In this document: one piece after another, positions 53,259 to 64,000 of the stretch
Position numbering within the stretch: position 1 is the stretch's first letter
Layout of the letters: every line of letters starts with the position of its first letter
Assembly: GCF_018350175.1 (NCBI RefSeq)
Contig: NC_058382.1
Location: 8,370,001-8,434,000, forward strand
Source: Felis catus
Lineage: Eukaryota
Reading direction: 5' to 3'
Length of the DNA: 64,000 bases
The notes under the pieces: model-generated
The model's input: the letters and a program-made list of their open reading frames with translations, nothing else
The model's database searches: none
Told to the model about the DNA's origin: nothing
Translations under genes and position numbers: made by a program

Positions 53259-54099
53259 GTCCATTTATGTGTACATAACTTACATCTCAAGTTAAAACAT
53301 AAGTAACCAAAAACAAGCAATAAAATCTCCCAGAGCTCCCATCATCCTTAGGAGCAAACCAGCACTCCCCAGCCTGGCATTGGAGGGCCTGTTTTTCTAC
53401 AGCTTTATCTTCAAAGGTCTAATTGTGGCAAACAAATGAGCAGGAAGTGATGAGTGAACAAATGGCACACTGGTCCATTTCCCATGGGCTGTTTGCACCG
53501 CATAGGACATCTGTGGGGTGGGCCCGTCCCACATCTCCTTCTCCCTCTGTCTGCCAGGAGGGTGCTCGGTCTCTGAGCCTCTCTTGCAGCTAAGAGTGGT
53601 CACGACAAGAGATTTTGGCCAGTGAGACATAAACACAGGTCTGCTGCTGGCCCTGAGAAGGCTACCGCTTTTTCTTTAAAAAAGGTGCACCCTTCCTGCA
53701 GGTGCGACATGTGAAGCTATGCCTGCCATCTCCTGAGCAAAAGGGAAGGGCCAAGAGAATCATAGAGAATCACAGCCCTCCTGGCCCCCAAGTTGTGGAG
53801 ACTCTGAGCTGTGGGCCCACAGCTGTCCTTCTCCAGACTTATTTCATGAGAAAAATACCCACCTAGTATTTAGTCCATTATTGGATATGTTTGCTATTAC
53901 GAAATGTAGTCACCAATATCAAAAAACCAAACCAAAACAAAAGACATCACCTAAAAACCCAGTATGGGGGTGCAGATCCTGGAGTACTGTATCTGGGGTC
54001 CCCGAACTGGGGTGCTCCCAGGTAACGATGGCACAACAATGGTAATAACAGTAGAAAGAGTCCCGGGGCGCTCATTGACTAGACCTTACTCAGGGTGTC

Positions 54100-57000
54100 T
54101 CACACTGGGGGCGGCTGAAGGTAGCAGAGCTGAAGGTGGGGCCAGGTCGGAGGTGGGGACTGGCCCAGCAGCAAGACAGAGAGAAGCAGCAGCAGCAGCA
54201 GCCCCAGGACTGGAGCGGGGATCAGCGGGTGCCGGGTGACCCTGGTGGGGGGCAGTACAGAGTTTAGGGAGGGGCCGGGGAGCTGCCAGAGTCTCAGCAG
54301 TGGGCAATGTCCCCGTGTGTGACCATCACCCTCCCTTCCGGGACTGCCTTGGGGCACACCTGAGCGGCTGGGGGTGCAGGGGGGCCAGGCAGAGCTGGCC
54401 CCAGTCCGGCCTGCTGACTGGGACCAGCTCTTTCACCACAGGCACCAGGGCTCGCTGCAGATCTGGCTTGGCAGGGCTGCTAGGCAGAAAAAAGGATGGG
54501 GCAATCATGCCGGACTTTCCCCTACCTCCAGGTCCCTTCCAGTCCCCGTGGGTCCTGTTACCTCTCAGGAAGGCTTCCTGGAATGTCTCCAGGGTGAGGG
54601 TCTCCCAGAGGGATGGGGAGATTGGCCTGAAAGGACAAAGGAAACGGACTTGAGACACTGGCTCCTGGATTAGGAGAGGCCTTTGGTTTAGCCCAGTGGA
54701 CAGAAGTGACTGCATGGAAGGGGTTGGAACACAGGGGCTCAGTGCCGTGACATACACCACCAGGTGGGCTTCCCAGCTCTGCCAGCTTCTACTGTGTGTC
54801 CTTCTGGAATGTCACCCCACGTCTCCAGGCCCCACTTTCCCCATCTGGGCACAGGGTCGTTGACATGTACCCACCTCACAGGGCTGAAGGAGAGTCTGCC
54901 TGAGGGAACACAGGTAAAAAGCAAAATAGTGGAGGGTGCTTGGAACAGTTTCTGGCACCGAGTGAGCACTGGGTAATTGTGTGTGCTGTTCAATATTGCT
55001 AGCTCCATTTGCATCTGATTCTGGAAGGATCCAAGTTCCCAGAGGGCAGAGACCTCATCTTCTCCAAGAGTCCAACCTTGTGCTGGGCCTAGTCCAGCGT
55101 GGGCACTCTCTTTGGGTCTGTCTCCCTGCCTGTATCAGAACCTGCAGGTGCCTTAAGATTAAAGCCCCAAAGGGGAGCCTGGGTGGCTCAACTGGTTAAG
55201 TGTCCAACTTCAGCTCAGGTCATGATCTCGTGGTTCGTGAGTTTGAGCCTCTTGTTGGGCTCTGTGCTGACAGCTCAGAGCCTGGAGCCTGCCTGGAGCC
55301 TGCTTCTGGTTCTGTGTCTCCCTCTCTGTGCCCCTCCCCCACTTGCTTGCATTTCCTCTCTCTCTCTCTCTCTGTCTCTCTCTCAAAAATAAACTTAAAA
55401 AAAAAAGCCCCAAATATTTGTTCAGGGGCCATCTCATCCCCTCTGTTGCTCTCAGGCTTTCGCACCCACACTTTTGTTCCATGGATGATGCTGATGGCAA
55501 TAGTAACAATAAGGAATAACAGGAACACCAGTCTCAGCCACCACCTTGACCACTGCCACCTAATGTACACCTGTTCTGCGCCAGGCCCTTTACACATGGT
55601 CCTTAACCCTCACCCCACCCTGACAGCTAGGTAAAGATCATTGTCAAGTCAGCTGTGAGGATAACTGAGGAGGGTACCAGTCTCCATGGAAGGGAGTAGG
55701 AGGTGGCTTTGGGGTCAGGCTGTTCAGAGAGACCACGTTGGATGGTCTGGAGCCTGAAAGAGCCCAGATACCAGGTGTACATTTGGGCTCTCACATTCCT
55801 AACCTGAGGACCCAGGCTCCTCACCCCTCCTCTCCAGGCTACCTTCCTTCCCTTTCCTTGCCAGAGAATGGGGACTGTCACCCGCACCTCACCCTGTGCC
55901 CTGCCGCTATGAGGAACAAAGCAGCGGGTGTGTGTGGTGATAGGCAAGGGGGCTGTGACAGGCGCTGTGCCCCAGGGAGTTCTGGGGCTGGCTGGGGAGG
56001 GCCCGGCCCCTTCCTGTGTGTGGGCACATGTGCGTGTGCATTTTCGCATTCCGGGGGTGTAGCCACGTCTGTGAGGCCTGTGGCTTAGCGGCTGCAGCCC
56101 TGTGTATGTGCTTGGGGGGTCCCCTGGGAACATTCTGGCCGCCCACTGGCCTGCAGGCCTCCCCCCACAGCACTGTCCGCTCTCATTAGCTATAGCAAGG
56201 GCCTTGTTATCTCTTGGCCAAATGATTTTTCTGTCTGCTCAGGAGAAGTGGGGGTGTGGGGTGAGGGCTGGGAGGAGCTGCCCGTACATCAACCTCCTCC
56301 AGGGCCTGGAGTAGGTAGGGGCTGGAGACTGCCTACCCTGACCTGGGTCTCTGCTTCCTCCTCTTCCTGTCTTCTGGGTAACCTGAGAAGACAAAAAAGT
56401 CACTGCAAGCATCTTCCCTCTGCCTAGCTTCCCTTTGCCCACTATGGAGCTGGATGAACCTTTAAAGCAGGGGTCTTAATGCAGACCGGGCATCATGGAT
56501 GAGCGTGGGGGTGTCCTGGAGCCCCAAGAGCAAACTGCTGTGTGTAGGTCAGCGTATGTATTTTGCAGGGGAATTTTCAACACGCTCTTCATACAACTGG
56601 CTTTCTCAGCTGCTATGTTTCCAGCTGATGCCTTAGCTGGGAGCCATGGCTTCTCTTCTCCTACTCTCCCGACACCAGAGACTCAGGGCTCTCCCAGACT
56701 CCGGGGCAGGTCCAGACCCCACCCCCCACTTTGTGTCTGGTGGGCTGTGCCACTTTTAGTGAGTCTCAGTCTTACTGGATCTACTTTTAGGACTGAGATT
56801 CCAGAAGCCAACTGTGTGAGCAATTCCCCCCACCCCACAAGTCATTCTCTGGGGTGGGCAAGCATCCACTCTCTGCTCCCCCGAGGGCTACAGCTCTCTG
56901 AAGTGCCTCTTTGGAGACTCAGACCTCAAGCTGTCTGGCCCAAATGCCCCTCAGAGACCCAGACGTCCACACCACCAGCTACCACCTCCATTTGGGTTCA

Positions 57001-60000
57001 GGGATCCATCCTCCAGCTACTACCACTTTGACAACCTCAGGACACAGCTGTTTCTTCAATTAGCACCCCAAAGTCAGCTAGGCTTGGTAAGCCCCCAGTC
57101 AGACACAGAGGTGTCTCATCCCCTGGGACTTCTACTTGGGACCCAGGTGGCTCCTCCCCCAGCTCCTCTCGGATCCGAGCCTTCACCCCTACCCATTGTT
57201 AGGGACCACAGGATTCACTACCTCCCTTGCTTCCCAATCTGTGAATCACACTGTCCTGCTCCTGGGAAACAGATGGCCAGCCCCCGCCCCTGTCGCTGCT
57301 CAGCCCCTTCTCCCCTCCCTCCCCTCCCTGGTGACGCTAGGGAAGGTCATAGCTCTGGAGCCCCCCTCCCGCCCAATCTCAGCTTTCTCAGAGGAGCCCA
57401 ATTAGAGGCTGGTGGCAGGAAGCCTCATTAGCTGCCTCAGCGGAGAGCCTGAAAAAGAGGAGGGGGTGTGGAAGGCCCCAAGGCCAGGGCCCCGGAGGAG
57501 AGTGGGCCCAGACATCTAGTGCTTTATCTCTCCTTGGAGGCCTGCATCCAAGCTTCGGAACAATCACAAGGCTGGGGTTCCATGGCCCACCACCCCATCA
57601 CTAAGTCACCAAGCTGGGATTTGAACCCAGGCTGTCTGATTCTAGAGTCCCCAATTGTCTTGTAACTACATGGGTGTTCGCCCTTGACCCAATGGGTTTC
57701 ATTCATCCCAGGGTTCCCTGGAGGCCTCGGGAGAAGCGTGTTCAGTGACCTAGTGACTGAGCTGTCCCATCTGCCTGACAACTGCCTTCTTGTCTGAGAG
57801 TCTCCTAGATGAAAATTGCTCCTACAGGACTCCATTCAAGCATTACCTCCCAGGGAAGCCTCCCCCGCAGGTGGAGTGAAGTGTCAGATGTTCTCATAGA
57901 GCCAGCCAGGTCAGAGTCTGTGTCCCTCTAGGCTAGGAGATGCTGAAGGCAGGGCTGGGTGTGACTCATCCTGGGTCACAGGCCCAGGGTGGCCTCAGTG
58001 TGAAGGAATGAGTGAATGAATGAATGAATGAATGATGAGCAGCTCCCCCAGGGCTCTTCCAGTCCTTGTATGCTATTCAAATTCATTCAAGAATTTGGTG
58101 TTACCTCAACGCAGGGGGATGGCTCTGGAAGGAACAAGCTTCTTACCACATCGATTGCTCCTTCCTTCCTCCTTGAGGGTGCGCTGGCTCTCCCTGGAAG
58201 TTTCTCTGTGGGAAAAGAACAGGTTAGGTCTCCCAGGCTGCGACACCTGCAAGAATTCACCACCTTGGGGCGCCTGTGGCTCAGTTGGTTGAGCGTCTGA
58301 CTTTGGCTCAAGTCATGATCTTGCAGCTTGTGAGTTTGAGCCCGCGTTGGGCTCTGTGCTGACAGCTTGGAGCCTGGAGCCTGCTTTGGATTCTGTGTCT
58401 CCCTCTTTCTCTGCCCCTAACCCACTCGCATTCTGTCTCTGTCTCTCTCAAAAATAAACAAACATTAAAAAAAAAAAAAAAAAAAAAAAGAATTCACCAC
58501 CTGCATCTAGGACCTGTCCTCCTCTTGGGCTCTGTCACTGAGGCTGGCTCTGCATCCCTCTCAGAGCAGAAGCCAGAAACGGGAGAGTTGTTCTGGACCC
58601 CTTTCTATTCAGGACCCAGGAGTCCAGGTCCCCCAAACCTCTCGTACTCCCACAAACTTCTCACACTCACGTGGACCCAAAGGAGGCCCAGTGTTTCCCT
58701 TCAGATCCCCTTTCCCTCCCAGGTTCCTGGTCTTGGGCAGCTCCACAGCTGTTCTCCTTCAGGATCCAGGTCCTGTTTTCTCCGGAGACATCTCCGTGTG
58801 TGGCCCGGACCACCGACTTGATATTGTTTTCTAAATACATTCCTGAGCTCCAGCCTTGTGTACCCATTGACCTCAGGTAGCCCCCCAAATGCCCCTCAGG
58901 ATCTGCATCTCACTAGGACGCAGTATAAGTTTGGCATCTTTCTGGCTTCTCCCTTCCCAGCACTCTGCGTGCCCAGCCCACTTGCCTGCAGCTGTGTCCC
59001 CCCCGCCCTACTTTTCTCTGCCCATCATTCCTCTTTCTCCATCCCAGGGCCCTGGCCTGGCTCAGACTTCATCCTCTGGACTCTTGCCCCAGCCTCCTCC
59101 CTGGCCTCCTGGCCTCTAGTCAGAATCCATGTGGCCTGCAAGGTCTTTCTACATTCAGAGCTGACCTTGTCCCTCCCCGCTCTCAGCCCTCCTGTGCCTC
59201 CTGTGGCTCCTGTGGCTCGATGGAGAAAAGTAGAGTCTCCCAGCCTGATGTTCAGGGAATCCCAGTCGTGATATGGCCTCCCGGCTCACTAGACACCTCA
59301 ACTCCCTCTGCTTTCCAAGCTTGTTATATGCTTTTGTGCTGCCAGGAAGGCATCTCTTTCCTCACACCACTTCTCCCTCCAGTTTTCCCCAAATAAGCTC
59401 AAGTGTCAGTTTCCCTGTGACACCTCTCCAGTCTCCCACTTGACACAGGTGCCCCCTTTGCTGGGCTCCCTCAGGGCCTGCCGCCCACCTCCGCACACCC
59501 ATCGTCCTGCATTAGGATGGCCGCTCTGCAAAATCTCTCCCTCTGGCTCCAAGTGGCTCCACGTGGTAGCTCCAGGACCCAGAGCAGGTGGCAGCCAGAA
59601 GCCTGGGTCCGTGTCCCCCTGGATGGGGCATCAGAGAGCTCACAGCAGAATCCACTCTAACTTACACCTCCTCTGAGGGCTGTGACTCTGCTGCCCATAG
59701 GCTGTGTGACTGGGGATGTGTGACCTATCTGAGCCTCAGTTTCCCATACGTGACAGGATGAGGGATGAGGATGTCTACCTCACAGAGATGCTGGGGGAGG
59801 TAAATGAAAAATCAAACAGCACTGATGTCGAAGGGAAACACAGAAGCATCTCTCAATCCAGGGAAAACGTGAGCAGAGAGACAAGTTTCTCCTTTAAGAA
59901 TGGTAAACAGGGGCGCCTGGGTAGCTCAGTTGGTTAAGTGTCCTGACTTACTCTTGACTCTTGATTTCAGCTCAGGTCACAATCTCATGGTTCAGTTCAT

Positions 60001-63000
60001 AAGTTCGAGCCCTGCACCAGGCTCTGTGCTGCTGGTGCAGACTCTGCTTGGGATTCTCTCTCTCCCTCTCTCTCTGCCCCTCCCCACTCGTTCTCTTTCT
60101 CTCTCTCTTAAAAATATAAATAAACCCATGGGGCGCCTGGGTGGCTCAGTCGGTTAAGCGTCCGATTCCAGCTCAGGCCATGATCTCACAGTTTGTGAGA
60201 TGGAGCCCTGTGTCAGGCTCTGTGCTGATGACTTGGAACATGCTTCAGATTCTGTCTCCCCCTCTCTCTCTCTGCCTCACCCCTGCTGTTCTCTTTCTCT
60301 CTTTCAAAAATAAATAAGAATAAACATTAAAAAACCCAATGGTAAACAGGTAATTCTGAAGCAGTATAATTCTCAAGATGATGCAGTTACAGAGCTGTGA
60401 GCAATATTTTCTCTGGAAAAAAAACAAAAAACAAAAACCAAAGACTTCTGGCACGAATGGATTAAAATCTCACTTTTCTGTTGTGGACACTGAAGATGAG
60501 CTGTGCCAGTTGTTTCAAAGGGTGTTGAAATACTGTTCAGGCAATTACAGAAGTCCTAAAACAACAGCTATTGGTTGAGTTCAAGATTTCACAGTGGGCT
60601 TGCTAAGCTTTTCCTAAAGGTGCTTGCATCCAAAAAGTAAAAGTTTTAGAAAAATAAAACCAACAAGAAAACACACATGCAAAAACCACCCCCAAAAAAC
60701 CCAAAAGTAAAAGCTTAACGTATCTTTCCGGTGTCTGGAAGAACGCTTCACGTCTTACCTTCCCCCTGCAGACCCTGGTAAATAATGATTCCTGACAGTG
60801 TTTTCCACCTGACAAAAACTACCAGCAGGCAATTTGTGTTTGCTTTGTTTACGGTCTATTGCACTCCTGAGCTGGTCTCTAGGGGGCAGGGATGGTGTCC
60901 TGCTGGCTTGGGCTCTGTGTCCAGCAGGCCCTTCAACACTTGCCTGTGGGATGGGCAAGAAGCTGGTGGCAGGTGGAGCCCCAGGCCCCTTTCCCAGGTC
61001 CTGGACGCCGGTGGTCTCTGAGCCCCTCCCATGCTCACCTCTGCCCCAGCTGGGGCTTCAGGTGGAAACTCAGCTTCCTCGTCTGTCTCAGTCTCGATGA
61101 TGACCTCCTCCCACTGCCACACTCCACAGAGAGGGCTGGAGAGAGCAGAGTCTGCCACTTCTTGTTTCTGGGAGGGAAGGCATTTCTGAGACCAGGGATG
61201 CCAGGGTGAAGGCAGAAGATGGGGATGGAGATGGGCTGAGGCATGGGGTGGGGGAGGGCAGGGGACTGGCGTGAGGCTGGGTCGGGGTAGGGATGGGGTT
61301 GAGGATGGAGATGGTCCTGGGGGGCAGATGGGCTGGGGTGAGAATCGGGGCTGGGTCAGAGCCGTGGCCGGCCGGGGGTTGGGGTGTTTCCATGGAGCTG
61401 GGCCCACCTGCCGAATGGCCTGGATCTCCACGCCCAGTGACGGGGGCAGCGCCTGGGTCCAGCCCGCTCTTCTCACCTGGGCCCCTTCCGGTAGCCTAGT
61501 GACACCGTCAGGAGGGGGAAGGTTCTCTCTGTGCCTGCCTACTACCCCTCGGTCCACCTACTCTGGGGTCGTGGCCCTGCCCACCTTGTGGCTGGAGGTT
61601 GGGGGTCCCTGCCTTTGGGCTCTCCTCCTGCCTCCTCCACCCCTGACGTTCCACTCACTCATCCGGCCCCTCATGGATCTGACTCAGCTGCTCCTCCAGG
61701 TGTGAGATTTCCAGCCTCAGTTCCTGCAAAGGGGGCAGTGGGGGACCCTGGCCTGTCTGTTCTTCTCTACCTCCCAGCCTTGGGCTCCCCTTACCGTCAC
61801 TTCTACTTCCCCCACTTTTTTGAGCTCTCCAGACACATATTCCCAAGAGACAAGGAGAAGAAACTTAGGAAGCCAAAAAGAGACAGAGAGCAGCAGGAAC
61901 CTAGAAGGTAACCTACTGGCCAGGAAAATTAAGAAAAGGAAGGCAGAGATGGAGACGCACAGAACAAAAGACATGGATGGACACAGATTCACAAGGGGGC
62001 AAAAGACAAGCAGGGTGTAAGAGACTCATAACAACCAGGGACCAACAGAGAGTAGTGACCCCTGGAGACGGACAGACTAGATCAAAGAAAGGCAGACACA
62101 GAGCAAGAAGAGCAGGGGAGATGCGGTGAGAAGACCCCCACAAAGAATGAAAGTGGACCCAAGATGGAGATACACAGAGTGAGAGAGAAAGGAAGGAGCA
62201 GAGAGCAAGAGAAAAGGCAGAGAGAGAGAGATGGAAACAGAGAGGGAGAGACACACAGTAGTAGAGATGGAAGAAACCAGGTATAGAGACTCCACAAAAG
62301 ATGGGCAGGAACAGAGAGAGGCAGCAGATCCCAGAGATGGCAAAAGAGCGGGGCTGGGCAGGGGGCCGAGGGTGGGAGGGCAGCCGCCTACCTGGGTCAT
62401 CGTTCTGTACTCCTCCAAGGTCTTGGCCAGACTCTCTGCATGTTGAGTACGCTGGGAAGGCCCAAAGGTAACTGAGACTGGGCCCAGCCCCAGAGAGACA
62501 CTGAGGCAAGGGGTAGGGAGACTGGAAGGGTGAGCTTGGGGGGAAGAGCTAGGGCCTGAGGGAAAGCACCAGGTTTCTAGATCCTGCAGGGTCATGCTTG
62601 TGAGCCTGGTGTTGGGAGCAGGGAACCCTCTGACCTCTCCAGGCTGCATATCCATGGAGGAGATCCTGGCGGGACCTCCCTTTCTAGACTAGGGGCGGGA
62701 GATGGCCAGGCACATATGGAAGGTGAATGTCCCCTTACCACCCTAGGGCCCCTCACCTCAGAGAGGACAGCATCTCGTTGGCAAATGAGGCGTTCACACT
62801 CAAAGAGCTGCCGCTGCCAAGGAAGGAGCCCGTCCATCTGTCCCGCCTTCCGGGACTTGCCTCAGCAGGCGCTGCCCTCCCCGGCCCACCCAGCTCTCTC
62901 GAGCCCCTCTCCTCAACCTCCCACGATGTCTCTGGACATCAGCTATCCCGAGAGGGATTTCAGCCAAGCTGCCCGGAGCCCTGGGAGCCTGATGGCTTGA

Positions 63001-63149
63001 TGGAAGTCCCCGGTTCTCACTAGGCCAGAGTGGCTGAAACTGGTAAAAATGGCAGGAGGAAGAGGTTCCACCTTCAAAGCGTCCTTTTCTGTGGCCAGCT
63101 CCTCACTTCTCCTCTTCACTCCGTCCCGCTCAGCCAGTAGTTTCCCGTT
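54100..63149 (-). CDS. KASH5: KASH domain-containing protein 5 (CCDC155), 3' ten exons; 5' part lies beyond the window
   Basis: Exons 63149-63072, 62813-62757, 62451-62392, 61723-61659, 61495-61408, 61167-61039, 58205-58147, 56382-56337, 54626-54562, 54479(or 54476)-54360 and 54241-54100 (11 segments including the terminal exon). Phases are consistent. C-terminal TM plus KASH peptide ...[33 protein letters not shown]. Confidence 0.93.
58267..58489 (+). mobile_element. Young Can-SINE with a 15-bp TSD; other SINEs at 31295-31527, 38920-39138, 55171-55406, 59910-60335 (nested pair), 63355-63560 and 63682-63888
   Basis: TSD aagaattcaccacct at 58251-58265 and 58488-58502; long pure polyA tail. 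Confidence 0.92.
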
Positions 63150-64000
63150 CTGGAAGAATGAACAACCGGTCATGTCCCCTCCGGCACATGTTAGTACTCA
63201 CAGCTGACATTTCCTGAACAGCTGATATGCAGTAGGCCTCATGCTAAGCACTTTCTATGTTTTGGCCCATTTAATCCCTCCAACCATCCTGTAAGATCTC
63301 AGTTTTGATTTCTCTGTGCATCACTGGGTGCTCGTCTGTAAAAACAGAGATGAGAGCTGCCTGGGTGGCTCAGTCATTTCAATGTCCGACTTCGGCTCAG
63401 GTCATGATCTCAAATTCATGAGTTTGAACCCCGCGTTGGGCTCTGTGCTGACAGCTCAGAGCCTGGAGCCTGCCTCAGTTTCTGCGTCTCCCTCTTTCTC
63501 TACCCCTCCCTCACTCGCGTTCTCTCTCTCTCTCAAAAGTAAATAAACATTAAAACTGATTTAAAAAATGGAGATGAGATAGACCTACTTCATAGGGCTG
63601 CTGTGTGGATTAAATGAGCTAATGGTGACTGCTAACCTGTACTGAGTGCTTTGCAAGTGTTAACTCATTTCTTATCCCCCATTTTTTTTTTAAGTTTATT
63701 TCCTTTGAGAGAGAGAGAGAGAGAAATAGTGGGAGAGGGGCAGACAGAGGGAGAGAGAGAATCCTAAGCAGGCTCCACACTGTTAGTGTGGAGCCTGACG
63801 CAGGGCTCAAACTCATGAACTGTGAGATCATGACCTGACCTGAAATCAAGAGTCTGTCGCTGAACTAACTGAGCCATACAGATACCCCTTTACTACCTCA
63901 TTGTAAAGATGAAGGCAAGTCTAGCACAGAACAGTTGTGCAACTTGCCCCGGGTTATACAGGTGATAATTCATGCAAACACATGTTACTACATATAATAA

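Noticed and set aside
54526-54561. Extension of a KASH5 exon suggested by ORF 54326-54760
   Set aside because: The phase is incompatible. The real exon 54626-54562 (ANLPIPLGDPHPGDIPGSLPE) uses another frame and a GTAACA donor.

Overview
Mammalian genomic DNA from a carnivore, very probably a felid: Can-SINE/SINEC_Fc repeats are present and the FLT3L protein matches cat-type sequence as I recall it. The window is syntenic with human 19q13.33. Gene order is FLT3LG (-, 5' part only), ALDH16A1 (-, 17 exons, 802 aa), PIH1D1 (+, 290 aa, head-to-head with ALDH16A1), SLC17A7/VGLUT1 (+, exon 10 missing in an N gap), GFY (-, 518 aa), PTH2/TIP39 (+, 99 aa) and KASH5/CCDC155 (-, 3' ten exons). Exon boundaries were read from GT/AG junctions and are phase-consistent. 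The most notable unexplained structures are: (1) a 142-bp, 96%-identical inverted copy of the ALDH16A1 exon4/intron4/exon5 junction inside intron 3, a predicted pre-mRNA hairpin covering two splice sites; (2) an inverted, decayed copy of FLT3LG exon 3 plus its acceptor in the FLT3LG promoter; (3) a ~13-nt motif repeated about 9 times in the SLC17A7 3'UTR; (4) homotypic RFX and ZNF143 site clusters and two orphan promoter-like elements; (5) a tailless U6 retrocopy with a target-site duplication (TSD). There are six assembly gaps. Comparisons to human, mouse and dog sequences are from memory; no database search was run.
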